DNA of 64,000 nucleotides from assembly GCA_963766735.1 (NCBI GenBank), contig CAVYBU010000004.1, forward strand, positions 192,001 to 256,000. The letters are read 5' to 3'. A program made the position numbers and the translations under genes. The notes under the pieces are model-generated. The model worked only from the letters and a program-made list of their open reading frames with translations. It made no database searches and had not been told where the DNA came from. This document shows positions 44,980 to 54,557 of the stretch, in pieces; the first letter of the stretch is position 1; each line of letters begins with the position of its first letter. This DNA is from an uncultured Chloroflexia bacterium (GTDB taxonomy: Bacteria > Chloroflexota > Limnocylindria > Limnocylindrales > CSP1-4).

Positions 44980-45111
44980 CGGGCGACCGGCGCCGTCCGG
45001 GCTAGGTGGCATTCAGGGTGGTGCGGCCAGCCACCAGCGGTGCGAACCGGCGGTGCGAACCGGCGGGCAGCGTGCGCGGCACTCCGGCAGGATTCTGGCC
45101 AGCCCGGGGGC

Positions 45112-45621
45112 TCAGTCCGCGCGGTCCGTTGCCATCCTGGCCACGGCACGGCTGACGACCGCCTCGGGGGCCTCCCCCGGGTGCGGGGTCGCCCAGCCGA
45201 AGGTGAACCGGACCTGGACGCAGGCCCGCGGGAGCAGGCTCGGCACCGACGCCCGGACACGATCCACGAAGTTGATCGCCGTGATCTCGTTCGTCTCCGT
45301 GAGCAGGATCCCGAACCGCCCCAGGCTGATCCGCGTGCAATGATCGCTGCCGCGGGCCAGCCGGCGGATGCACTGGGCGATCTCGCGGATGGTCTCCCGG
45401 GCGACCTCGTTGCCCCACGCCGCCTGGAGCTCGCGCACCCCGTCGATGTCCAGCAGGACGACCGTCAGCGGTCGCTCATACCGGGTGCTGCGGGCGAGCT
45501 CGCTCGAGAGGAGCTTCTCCCAGAAGACCGGCCCTTCCAGACCGGTCACCGGGTCCTCCCAGCCGGCCGGATCCGGGATCATCGCCTCCCGCGCGTTCAC
45601 GATTGCCTCGGACCCGGGCAC
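45112..45621 (-). CDS. Stand-alone degenerate GGDEF domain protein
   Basis: DPVTGL, LLDID, RGSD, RISLGRF in place of RxGGDEF; start uncertain. Confidence 0.8.
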   Translation of the reverse strand: MPGSEAIVNAREAMIPDPAGWEDPVTGLEGPVFWEKLLSSELARSTRYERPLTVVLLDIDGVRELQAAWGNEVARETIREIAQCIRRLARGSDHCTRISLGRFGILLTETNEITAINFVDRVRASVPSLLPRACVQVRFTFGWATPHPGEAPEAVVSRAVARMATDRAD

Positions 45622-45793
45622 GATGCTCTCCCATCCTGATGGGCCGCGTTCTCGGTTCCCGCGGCGCATACCGATGGTGGTGCGTGCATGCCCCGCCCGC
45701 CACCCGACGATCGTCCCCGGTCCCGCCGCGGAAGTCCTACCAGCGGCCCTGCCGGCGGCCCCCGGTGGGCATCCCTCCGGCCGTTCGATTTGG

Positions 45794-45822
45794 TTGACGC
45801 AGCGCGCTCGACGGGATACCGT
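45794..45822 (+). promoter_or_regulatory. Sigma70-type promoter of the aro leader/operon
   Basis: TTGACG-17nt-TACCGT. Confidence 0.65.
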
Positions 45823-45833
45823 CGGTGGCACCG

Positions 45834-45869
45834 ATGTACGCCATCTATCTCTTTACCTGCCCGGCATGA
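45834..45869 (+). CDS. Aromatic amino acid leader peptide MYAIYLFTCPA
   Basis: 11-codon ORF with two Tyr and one Phe, lying between the promoter and a terminator upstream of aroF. Confidence 0.72.
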   Translation: MYAIYLFTCPA

Positions 45870-45915
45870 CCGAGCCCGGAGCCTAGAGCCGGGAACGGCG
45901 GGTCGTGCCGGGCGA

Positions 45916-45942
45916 GCAGAGGTCATTGACCTCTGTTTTTTT
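45916..45942 (+). terminator. Attenuator intrinsic terminator
   Basis: GCAGAGGTC-ATT-GACCTCTGT with a T7 tract, 40 nt before aroF. Confidence 0.85.
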
Positions 45943-45982
45943 GTTCCCCCGCGGTACCCCCTCCTGAAGGAACCCTGACGAG

Positions 45983-47050
45983 ATGTTCGTGGTGATGCGC
46001 GCCGAGGCCACAGAGGCCGAGGTCAACGGCGTGAAGGGCCTGATCCTGGCCGAGGGCCTGACGCCGTTCGAGAATGCCGGGGCCGCCCGGACGGTGATCG
46101 CGGTGGTCGGCGAGATCGGCCGCCGGCGCGAGCCGCTGCGCTCGCGGCTGGAGGCGATGGCGGGCGTGGCGGCGGTGACCGCGATCTCCAAGCCCTACAA
46201 GCTGGTCTCGCGGGAGTTCCAGCCGGACAACACCGTGATCCGCATCCTCGACACGGTCATCGGGGACGGCTCGCTCACGGTCATGGCCGGACCGTGCTCC
46301 GTGGAGAGCCGCGAGCAGCTCCTGGAGACCGTGGACTTCGTGGTGGCCCACGGCGCGAACGTGATCCGCGGCGGGGCGTTCAAGCCGCGCACGAGCCCGT
46401 ACAGCTTCCAGGGCCTGGGCGTGGAGGGCCTCCGCTACCTCGCCGAGGCGCGGGAGCGGACCGGTATCCCCGTCATCACCGAGGTGATGGAGCCCAGCCA
46501 GGTGGACATCGTCGCCGAGTACGCCGACATCCTCCAGGTCGGGACCCGGAACATGCAGAACTTCTCGCTGCTGCTCGCGTGCGGACGGGCCGGGCGCCCG
46601 GTCATGCTCAAGCGTGGGTTCGGCGCCACGATCGAGGAGTGGCTGATGGCGGCCGAGTACATCGCCTCGGCCGGGAACGGCCAGATCATCCTGTGCGAGC
46701 GCGGGATCCGGACGTTCGAGACGTCCACCCGCAACACGCTGGACCTCACGGCGGTCCCGCTCCTCCACCACCTCACCCACCTGCCGGTCGTGGTGGACCC
46801 GTCACACGCCACCGGGAAGCGCTGGCTGGTGAAGCCGCTCGCCATCGGCGCCGTGGCGGTGGGTGCAGACGGGATCATGGTGGAGGTCCACCCGCGCCCG
46901 GAGGAAGCGCTCTCGGACGGCGAGCAGTCGCTCACCTTCGAGCTGTACGAGCAGATGATGCACGCCATCACCGGCGTCCACGCCCACGTGCGGGACCTCC
47001 ACGGCGACCTCGTCCCGGCGGACGACCCCGCCGGCAGCGGCCGGGCCTGA
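45983..47050 (+). CDS. aroF: DAHP synthase, type I-beta, with N-terminal regulatory domain
   Basis: [40 protein letters not shown]. Confidence 0.96.
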   Translation: MFVVMRAEATEAEVNGVKGLILAEGLTPFENAGAARTVIAVVGEIGRRREPLRSRLEAMAGVAAVTAISKPYKLVSREFQPDNTVIRILDTVIGDGSLTVMAGPCSVESREQLLETVDFVVAHGANVIRGGAFKPRTSPYSFQGLGVEGLRYLAEARERTGIPVITEVMEPSQVDIVAEYADILQVGTRNMQNFSLLLACGRAGRPVMLKRGFGATIEEWLMAAEYIASAGNGQIILCERGIRTFETSTRNTLDLTAVPLLHHLTHLPVVVDPSHATGKRWLVKPLAIGAVAVGADGIMVEVHPRPEEALSDGEQSLTFELYEQMMHAITGVHAHVRDLHGDLVPADDPAGSGRA

Positions 47051-47054
47051 TCCG

Positions 47055-48449
47055 ATGATCGCAGAACCCGCGGGCACGCCGCCCGCGGACGGCGGGACGG
47101 CGCGCCCGCGCGGGGACGAGGACGACGTGCTCGTCGTCCGCCCGGCTGCACGCCTGCGCGGCCGGCCGGCGCTCCCGGGCGACAAGTCGATCTCCCACCG
47201 GGCCCTCCTCCTGGCGCTCCTGGCGGAGGGCGAGAGCCGGATCTCCGACGCCGGGGACGGTGCGGACGTCCGTTCCACGGCCGGCATCGTCGCGGCGCTG
47301 GGCGCAACGGTGGAGCGGGTCGCCGAGCGCGCCGGTCGCGTGGACTACCGGGTCGTGTCCCCGGGCGGGGCTGCCCTCCGGGAGCCCGACGGGATCCTCG
47401 ACTGCGGCAACTCCGGGACGACCATGCGCCTCGCTGCCGGGCTGCTGGCCGGGCGGCCGCTGTTCGCCGTGCTGGATGGCGACGGCTCGCTCCGCCGCAG
47501 GCCGATGGGCCGCGTGGTGGAGCCGCTGACCGCGATGGGCGCGTCCTTCGCCGGCCGTCAGGGCGCCACGCTGCTGCCGCTGGCGATCACGGGCCGTGAC
47601 CGTCTCACGGCCATCACGTACGCGACTCCCGTTCCCAGCGCCCAGGTGAAGTCAGCGATCCTCCTCGCGGCCCTGGCCGCGGATGGGGAGACGACGGTCA
47701 ACGAGGCCATCGCCACGCGGGACCACACCGAGCGCATGCTGCGCGCCCGCGGCGTGGCGCTCCACGAGGCCACCGGTGCCGACGGCCGCCACGTGATCAG
47801 TCTCGATGGTCCGGCGACCGTCCAGCCCATCGACGAGTCCGTCCCGTCCGACCCGTCCGGCGCCGCGTTCTGGCTCGTGGCCGCCGCGATGCACCCCGAT
47901 GCGGAGCTGCACCTCGAAGGGGTCAGCACGAACCCGACGCGCCGTGCCATCATCGACATCCTCAGGCGCATGGGCGCCGACATCGAGGAGCATGGCCGCC
48001 CGGCCCCCGGCGGGCAGGACGGCGAGCCCCTCGCAGACCTCGTGGTCCGGTCAAGCGAGCTTCGGGCGATCGACCTGTCCCCTGCCGACGTGGCGGAGGC
48101 CATCGACGAGATCCCGATCCTCGCCCTCGCCGCGACCTCGGCGGTCGGCACGACCCGCATCCGGGGTGCCGGCGAGCTCCGTCACAAGGAGTCGGACCGG
48201 ATCGCGGGGATCGCCGACGGGCTCACGGCCCTGGGCGCGCGGGTGCGCGTCACGGGCGACGACATCGAGATCGAGGGCGGCACGCGGCTCCGCGGCGCCG
48301 TCACCGAGACACATGACGATCACCGGCTCGCGATGACGTTCGCCATCGCCGGCCTCATCGCCCAGGGCGAGACCATCGTGCGCCGACCCGGGTCGGCGGC
48401 GATCTCGTACCCGGGCTTCTTCCGCGAACTCGAAGGGGTGCGAGCATGA
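47055..48449 (+). CDS. aroA: EPSP synthase
   Basis: PGDKSISHR, CGNSGTT, SAQVKSA, RDHTE, KESDR, DHRLAM. Confidence 0.97.
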   Translation: MIAEPAGTPPADGGTARPRGDEDDVLVVRPAARLRGRPALPGDKSISHRALLLALLAEGESRISDAGDGADVRSTAGIVAALGATVERVAERAGRVDYRVVSPGGAALREPDGILDCGNSGTTMRLAAGLLAGRPLFAVLDGDGSLRRRPMGRVVEPLTAMGASFAGRQGATLLPLAITGRDRLTAITYATPVPSAQVKSAILLAALAADGETTVNEAIATRDHTERMLRARGVALHEATGADGRHVISLDGPATVQPIDESVPSDPSGAAFWLVAAAMHPDAELHLEGVSTNPTRRAIIDILRRMGADIEEHGRPAPGGQDGEPLADLVVRSSELRAIDLSPADVAEAIDEIPILALAATSAVGTTRIRGAGELRHKESDRIAGIADGLTALGARVRVTGDDIEIEGGTRLRGAVTETHDDHRLAMTFAIAGLIAQGETIVRRPGSAAISYPGFFRELEGVRA

Positions 48450-49384
48450 CGAAACGCGTCGTTCTCATCGGCCATCCGGTCGCCCATTCCCTGTCGGAGG
48501 CGATGCAGCAGGCCGCCTTCGACTCTCTCGGCATCGACGCGCGCTACGAGACGTGGGATCGCAGCCCAGCCGAGCTCGCCGACGCGATTGCCGAGCTCCG
48601 GAACGAGGAGTTCCTGGGCGCCAACATCACGATCCCGCACAAGGAGCGGGTCGTCCCGCACACGGACCGCCAGGCCGACGAGGCCCACGTGACCGGTGCG
48701 GTCAACACGCTCACCAAGGAGGGCAGGAAGCTGGTCGGCCACAATACGGACGTGGCCGGGTTCAAGATCGCCCTGGACAAGCTGGTCGGCCGCCAGAAGA
48801 TGCCCCGTCACGCGGTGGTGCTGGGCGCCGGCGGCGCCGCCCGGGCCGTGGTCTACGGCCTGATCCGCGAGGGCTTCCAGCGGGTCGTGGTGTTCAACCG
48901 CCACCTGCACCGCAGCGAGGCCCTGGTCAAGCACTTCAGCCGCAGCGCGGCCCACATGGACCTGCGTGCTATGCCGTGGCACGAGAGCATCATCGAGTCG
49001 GAGCTGTCCAAGACGAAGGCGCTGGTCAACGCCACGTCCGTCGGCCTCATCGGGGACGAGTCTCCCATCCCGGCGGAGATCCTGACTCCGGACCTCATGG
49101 TCCTGGACCTTCTCTACGCGAACACCCGCCTGCTGCGCGACGCTGCGGCAGCCGGGTGCGTCACCGCCGACGGGGAGTTGATGCTTCTCCATCAGGGCGC
49201 GGACTCGTTCACCCTCTGGACCGGGCAGCCTGCGCCGCTCGACGCGATGCATGCCGCCCTCACCGAGGCCCGGGCACGCGGGATCACGTCGGCCGAGGGC
49301 GAGCCCTCTCCGTCGGCTCCCGGCGCCGCCGAGAGCGAGCCAGAGCCTCCGGCGCCCGACCCGGCCGCGCCGGCCGGGGCCTGA
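48446..49384 (+). CDS. aroE: Shikimate dehydrogenase
   Basis: HSLS, GANITIPHK, GAVNT, HNTD, GAGGAAR, NATSVG. Confidence 0.96.
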   Translation: MTKRVVLIGHPVAHSLSEAMQQAAFDSLGIDARYETWDRSPAELADAIAELRNEEFLGANITIPHKERVVPHTDRQADEAHVTGAVNTLTKEGRKLVGHNTDVAGFKIALDKLVGRQKMPRHAVVLGAGGAARAVVYGLIREGFQRVVVFNRHLHRSEALVKHFSRSAAHMDLRAMPWHESIIESELSKTKALVNATSVGLIGDESPIPAEILTPDLMVLDLLYANTRLLRDAAAAGCVTADGELMLLHQGADSFTLWTGQPAPLDAMHAALTEARARGITSAEGEPSPSAPGAAESEPEPPAPDPAAPAGA

Positions 49385-49415
49385 CACCGGGCCCGGGACG
49401 CGAGCAGGAGCACGC

Positions 49416-50636
49416 ATGGATCGCTTCCGGTTCATCACGGCCGGCGAGAGCCACGGCCCCATGCTGGGTGCCGTGGTGGAGGGCGTTCCCGCCGGACTCG
49501 CCCTGACCGAGGATGACCTCGCGGTCGATCTCGCGCGACGCCAGCGCGGGTACGGCCGCGGGGCCCGGCAGGCCATCGAGCAGGACCGGGCGCGGATCAT
49601 GGCCGGCGTCCGCCACGGGCGCACGCTTGGCTCGCCGATCCTGCTGGAGATCGACAACCGCGACTGGGCGAACTGGACGCGGGTCATGCAGGTAGCGCCG
49701 CTATCCCCCGAGGAGGCGGCCGAGCTCGAGACGATGGCCGTCGAAGGCAACAAGCGCGCCCGGCCCGTCACCGCCGTCCGGCCGGGCCATGCCGATCTCG
49801 CCGGAGCCCTCAAGTACGGCTTCGATGATGTCCGCAACGTGCTCGAGCGCTCGTCGGCTCGCGAGACCGCCGCCCGGGTGGCGGCGGGCGGCATCGCGCG
49901 CGCGTTCCTGCGCGAGCTGGGTATCGAGGTGTGGTCGTTCACCGCCGAGGTTGGCGGCGTCGCCGTGGACCCGGCCCGGGCGACACGGACCCGGGACGAG
50001 GCCGATGGCTCGCCACTCCGCTGCCCGGACCCTGAGGCCGAGGCGGCGATGGTCGCCCGGATCGACGAGGCGCGGTCCGCGGGCGATACCGTCGGCGGCG
50101 TGTTCGAGGTGGTCGTCCACGGGGCCCCGATCGGCCTGGGCAGCTACGTCCACTGGGACCGTCGCCTGGACGCGGCCCTGGCGGCGGCGGTCATGGGCAT
50201 CAACATCGTCAAGGGCGTGGAGCTGGGGCTGGGGTTCGAGCAGACCCGACGGTTCGGGTCCGCCGTCCACGACGTGATCGAGGGCCGGCGGCCGGACGGG
50301 ACGTGGATCCACCGGACGAACAACGCGGGCGGCCTCACCGGCGGCGTGACCAACGGCGAGCCGATCGTGATCCGTGGCGCGGTCAAGCCGATCTCCACGC
50401 TGGCCCGACCGCTCCCCACCGCAGACCTGCTGACGGGCGCGGCGGTGGACAGGGCCCACTACGAACGGAGCGACATCTCGGTCGTTCCCGCCGCCGGCGT
50501 CATCGGCGAGGCGATGGTCATGCTGACGCTCGCCGCCTTCGTCCTGGACAAGACAGGTGGGGACTCGATGGCCGAGGTGACCGGCAACCTGGCCCGGTAC
50601 CGCTCCCGGATCGCCGGCGCGGCCGACGAGGCCTGA
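49416..50636 (+). CDS. aroC: Chorismate synthase
   Basis: TAGESHG, RPGHAD, ERSSARET, KPISTL, ERSD. Confidence 0.97.
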   Translation: MDRFRFITAGESHGPMLGAVVEGVPAGLALTEDDLAVDLARRQRGYGRGARQAIEQDRARIMAGVRHGRTLGSPILLEIDNRDWANWTRVMQVAPLSPEEAAELETMAVEGNKRARPVTAVRPGHADLAGALKYGFDDVRNVLERSSARETAARVAAGGIARAFLRELGIEVWSFTAEVGGVAVDPARATRTRDEADGSPLRCPDPEAEAAMVARIDEARSAGDTVGGVFEVVVHGAPIGLGSYVHWDRRLDAALAAAVMGINIVKGVELGLGFEQTRRFGSAVHDVIEGRRPDGTWIHRTNNAGGLTGGVTNGEPIVIRGAVKPISTLARPLPTADLLTGAAVDRAHYERSDISVVPAAGVIGEAMVMLTLAAFVLDKTGGDSMAEVTGNLARYRSRIAGAADEA

Positions 50637-50645
50637 GGACCCGCG

Positions 50646-52301
50646 GTGGACCTCGTCCTGATCGGTCTGCCGGGGAGTGGCAAGAGCGCGGTCGGCCGCC
50701 GGCTCGCAGCCCGCCACGGGGCCGACTTCCTGGATCTCGACCACGAGATCGAGACGGCGTCGGGCATGACGGTCCCGGAGATCTTCGCCGCAGAGGGCGA
50801 GGCCGGCTTCCGACGACGCGAACGGCGGGCGGTGGCCGCTCTCGGCCCGGCGGACCGGACCCCGGATCTGTGCCGTGTGATCTCCCCCGGCGGCGGAGCG
50901 ATCCTCGACCCACGGAACCGTTGGGCGCTCTACCGGGGTCGCGTCGTGGCCTGGCTTGACGTCCGACCGGAGGTCCTCGCCCAGCGCCTGCGCCGCTCCC
51001 CCACCGTCAGGCCGCTGGTCCAGGGCGGGAACGAGCTCGGGCGTATCCGGACCCTCGCCGCGGATCGCGAGCGGTTCTATGGGGCCGCCAGCCGCGTCAA
51101 CGGCGTCGCCGAGATGGCCGGCGTGGTCAGCGCCGTGGAGCGGCTGCTGCATGCGGGCCCGGCCGCCTCGACCGCGTTGCTGCACGCGTCCACGAGCATC
51201 GGCGAGATCGTGATCGGCGAGGGGATCGCGGCCGCGGCGATCGGGACGACGCTCCGGCGACTGGACGCGCATCGGGCCCTGATCGTGTCCGAGCCCGGGG
51301 CGTGGGCGGCGTTCGGCGAGGGCGTCGCGACGGCGCTGCGCGCGGACGGCTGGCCGGTCGAGACGGTGATGCTGCCGACGGGCGAGGCCGCCAAGCGGAT
51401 TGCCGTGGTCGAGGAGGCGGCACGGGAGCTCGCCCGCCTCCGGGTGGAGCGGCGGGAGCCGCTGATCGCCATCGGCGGAGGGGCGCTCGGAGACCCGGCC
51501 GGCTTCCTCGCGGCGACCTACCTGCGCGGGGTGCCCTGGATCGGGGTGCCCACGTCGCTGGTGGCCCAGGTGGACTCCTCGATCGGCGGCAAGACGGGCG
51601 TGGACCTGCCGGAGGGCAAGAACCTCCTCGGGGCGTTCCACCAGCCGGCCGCCGTGATCCTGGACGTGGCGGCCCTGCGGACCCTGCCCGGGCGCCAGCT
51701 GCGGGCCGCCCTGGGCGAGATCGTCAAGATGGCGGCCCTGGGCGACGAGGCGCTGTTCGCCACGCTGGAGGCGGACGGGGAGGCCATCGCCCGTGGGGAT
51801 GGGGCGGCGTTCGCCGGCGGCGCCGTGGCCGAGGTCGTGGAGCGCGCCGGCTGGGCGAAGGTGGAGGTCGTGACCGCGGACGAGCGCGAGCAGGGCGCGA
51901 CGGGTGGGCGGATCGCGCTCAACCTGGGCCATACGGTTGCCCACGCGCTGGAGGCGGTCGACGGGTACGCGAACCTGCTCCACGGCGAGGCAGTGGCCTA
52001 CGGGCTGCGCGCGGCGACCCGGATCGGGACGGCCATGGGCGTGACGCCCCCGGAGCGTGCGGTGCGGATCGAGAGCCTGCTCGATCGCCTCGACCTCGGA
52101 CGGGCGCCGCTCCCCTACCCGCTCGAGGCCGTGCTGGCGGCGACCGGGACCGACAAGAAGCACGCGGGCGGACGGCTCCGGTGGGTGCTGCCAACGGAGG
52201 ATGGCATGGCGGTCCGGGACGACGTGCCGGGCGGGCTCGTGGAGACGGCCGTCGCGGGGATCCTGGCCGGGACTCCGGACGGAACGGGAGGTCGGGAATG
52301 A
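50646..52301 (+). CDS. aroKB: Bifunctional shikimate kinase / 3-dehydroquinate synthase
   Basis: GLPGSGKS, GEAGFR; GGGALGD, PTSLVAQVDSSIGGKT, LNLGHT, HGEAVA. Confidence 0.94.
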   Translation: MDLVLIGLPGSGKSAVGRRLAARHGADFLDLDHEIETASGMTVPEIFAAEGEAGFRRRERRAVAALGPADRTPDLCRVISPGGGAILDPRNRWALYRGRVVAWLDVRPEVLAQRLRRSPTVRPLVQGGNELGRIRTLAADRERFYGAASRVNGVAEMAGVVSAVERLLHAGPAASTALLHASTSIGEIVIGEGIAAAAIGTTLRRLDAHRALIVSEPGAWAAFGEGVATALRADGWPVETVMLPTGEAAKRIAVVEEAARELARLRVERREPLIAIGGGALGDPAGFLAATYLRGVPWIGVPTSLVAQVDSSIGGKTGVDLPEGKNLLGAFHQPAAVILDVAALRTLPGRQLRAALGEIVKMAALGDEALFATLEADGEAIARGDGAAFAGGAVAEVVERAGWAKVEVVTADEREQGATGGRIALNLGHTVAHALEAVDGYANLLHGEAVAYGLRAATRIGTAMGVTPPERAVRIESLLDRLDLGRAPLPYPLEAVLAATGTDKKHAGGRLRWVLPTEDGMAVRDDVPGGLVETAVAGILAGTPDGTGGRE

Positions 52302-52735
52302 CGCGCGTGCTGGTTCTCCAGGGACCCAACCTCAACCTGCTCGGGACCCGGGAGCCGGAGATCTACGGGCGCGAGACGCTGGATCAGATCCACGCAGGGC
52401 TGGCTGCGCGCGCCGCGGAGCTGGGGCTCGAGATCGCCTTCTACCAGTCCAACCACGAGGGCGATCTCATCGACCGTCTCCATGTCCGCGACTTCGACGT
52501 GTCGATCGTGAACGCGGCCGGCTACACGCACACCTCGGTGGCCCTCCGGGACGCCCTCCTCGCCATCGAGCGCCCCTTCTGGGAGGTCCACCTCTCGGAC
52601 CCCTGGACACGCGACGCGTTCCGGCAGGTGAACTTCCTGCACGACATCGCGACGGGTTCGGTCGTGGGGCAGGGTGCGCGCGGGTACCACCAGGCCCTCG
52701 AGGCGATCGCTGCCGGGCTCGGGGGCACGCCGTGA
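52298..52735 (+). CDS. aroQ: Type II 3-dehydroquinate dehydratase
   Basis: GPNLNLLGTREPEIYG, QSNHEG, HTSVALRDA, EVHLS. Confidence 0.96.
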   Translation: MTRVLVLQGPNLNLLGTREPEIYGRETLDQIHAGLAARAAELGLEIAFYQSNHEGDLIDRLHVRDFDVSIVNAAGYTHTSVALRDALLAIERPFWEVHLSDPWTRDAFRQVNFLHDIATGSVVGQGARGYHQALEAIAAGLGGTP

Positions 52736-53094
52736 CCCGGCGGAGCGGCGGCCATGGCGAGGCGCGGGACCGGCCGACACCGCAGGAGCGCGACGAGGCG
52801 GCGCTGGAGCTGTCCCGGATCCGGGACCAGATCGACCAGCTGGACCTGCGGATCGTGGCGCTGCTCAACGAGCGCGCGGTCCTTGGCCGTGCAGCCGGGC
52901 GGGCGAAGCACCTGGCCGGGCGGCGTGCGATCAAGGATCCGGAGCGCGAGCGCGAGGTGCTCCTGCGGGTCGCGATGGGCAACGCGGGGCCGCTGGCGCA
53001 GGCGGACCTCCTGTCGGTCTACCGGCGGGTGGTGGCCGTCACCCGTGGGCTTGAGTCGCGCGACCGGACCCATGACGGCCGATCCGGGGACTGA
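52732..53094 (+). CDS. Chorismate mutase (CM_2 family)
   Basis: LSRIRDQIDQLDLRIVALLNER, K, DPERE; GTGA overlap with the preceding gene. Confidence 0.88.
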   Translation: MTRRSGGHGEARDRPTPQERDEAALELSRIRDQIDQLDLRIVALLNERAVLGRAAGRAKHLAGRRAIKDPEREREVLLRVAMGNAGPLAQADLLSVYRRVVAVTRGLESRDRTHDGRSGD

Positions 53095-54109
53095 CCCGCC
53101 CAGGGCAGGGGTCGGAGACGTCGCGGTGGAGGACGACCCGCTCGGAGACATCGCGTCCGGGGACACCCTGCACGTCCCGGTCACCACGTCCGCGGCCCGG
53201 CCGGATCCGCGCGTGCTGCCCACCGGCCCCGTGACGCGGTTTGCACCGGCGCCCACGGGCTTCCTCCATCTCGGCCACCTCGTCAACGCGCTGTACACCT
53301 GGGGCATCGCCCGGGCCACGGGAGGACGGGTGATCCTGCGGATCGAGGACCACGATCGGCAGCGGTCGCGGCCGGCGTTCGAGACCGCGCTGCTGGACGA
53401 CCTCGAGCGGCTGGGGCTGGTCCCCGACGAACCGCCGATCGCCGCGTTCCGGGCCGGCCCGACTCACTACCGTCAGTCCACCGCGGGTCCGGTGTACCTC
53501 GCGGCGCTCGCGCGTTTGCGGGCGGACGGGCTCGTGTACGCCTGCGTCTGCTCCCGGTCGACCTTCGGCGCGTACACGGCCGAGCGGGGACGTCCGTGGA
53601 GTGGGATCGGATGCCCCGGCGGCTGTCGCACGCGTGCGCTCCCCGAGGAGGAGGGCACCGGCCTGCGGGTGGCCGTCGGTGCAGGCTCGGAGCGGTGGGT
53701 GGACCTCCTGGCCGGCCCGCTGGCGGACGAGCCTGCGGCCGGAGGTGACCTGCTGGTGCGGGACCGAGCGGGCAACTGGACGTACCCGTTCTGCGTGGTG
53801 GTCGATGACATGCGGCACGGTGTGGACCTCGTCATCCGCGGCCGTGACCTCCTGCACGCGACGCCCGCCCAGCTGCGGCTGGCGCGCATGCTCGGACGCG
53901 AGACGCCGCCGCGCTTCCTGCACCACCCGCTGGTCCGGCGGGCATCCGGGAGGAAGCTGTCCAAGGCGGAGGGCGACACGGCCGTGCGTGCGCTGCTGGA
54001 CGCCGGCGCCACGCCGGCCGGGCTGCTCGGACGCGCGGCCCACCTGGCCGGGCTGCAGGCGGACGAGAGTCCGATCGACCCGGGCGGCATCGGGACCATG
54101 TTCGCCTAG
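53072..54109 (+). CDS. gluQ: Glutamyl-Q tRNA(Asp) synthetase-like protein (GluRS catalytic domain only)
   Basis: RFAPAPTGFLHLGH, LRIEDHD, YACVCSR, VIRGRDL, KLSK; no anticodon-binding domain. Confidence 0.85.
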   Translation: MTADPGTDPPRAGVGDVAVEDDPLGDIASGDTLHVPVTTSAARPDPRVLPTGPVTRFAPAPTGFLHLGHLVNALYTWGIARATGGRVILRIEDHDRQRSRPAFETALLDDLERLGLVPDEPPIAAFRAGPTHYRQSTAGPVYLAALARLRADGLVYACVCSRSTFGAYTAERGRPWSGIGCPGGCRTRALPEEEGTGLRVAVGAGSERWVDLLAGPLADEPAAGGDLLVRDRAGNWTYPFCVVVDDMRHGVDLVIRGRDLLHATPAQLRLARMLGRETPPRFLHHPLVRRASGRKLSKAEGDTAVRALLDAGATPAGLLGRAAHLAGLQADESPIDPGGIGTMFA

Positions 54110-54211
54110 GCGGCCGACCCTGTTCGTCGCACACGGGATCCTCGGCGGAGGGCCTGGCAGCCAACGACGCTATGCTGGGGCGTACGAAAGAACGTCACTT
54201 GGAGGCTTGCC

Positions 54212-54538
54212 ATGAAGTTCATCCTCGGCCTGCTCACCGGGCTCGTCCTTGGCGCCGTGGGCACGGTTGCCTACTCGCTCCAGACCGGTCGCGACCTTCG
54301 CGAGGCGTTCGAAGAGGTCCGCTCCGACCTCGACCGCCGCGACTTCGATGCCCTCGGCTCGCGCCTGGAGGCACGGGTCTCGGAGCTCCAGACCCGCCTC
54401 GAGGAGCGGATCGCCCAGGTCCGGGACCATGCGGCGACGACGACCGGCGACATCGACATCGATCAGACTGTCGCGGAAGCCGGCGCTGCCGTGGCCGAGG
54501 GGGTCGAGTCGAAGGCCGAGGAGCAGGCAGGAGCCTGA
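54212..54538 (+). CDS. Small membrane-anchored coiled-coil protein (YtxH-like)
   Basis: MKFILGLLTGLVLGAVG, QTGRDLR; GGAGG RBS and TATGCT -10. Confidence 0.7.
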   Translation: MKFILGLLTGLVLGAVGTVAYSLQTGRDLREAFEEVRSDLDRRDFDALGSRLEARVSELQTRLEERIAQVRDHAATTTGDIDIDQTVAEAGAAVAEGVESKAEEQAGA

Positions 54539-54557
54539 CCCGATCCCTCGCCCGGAC

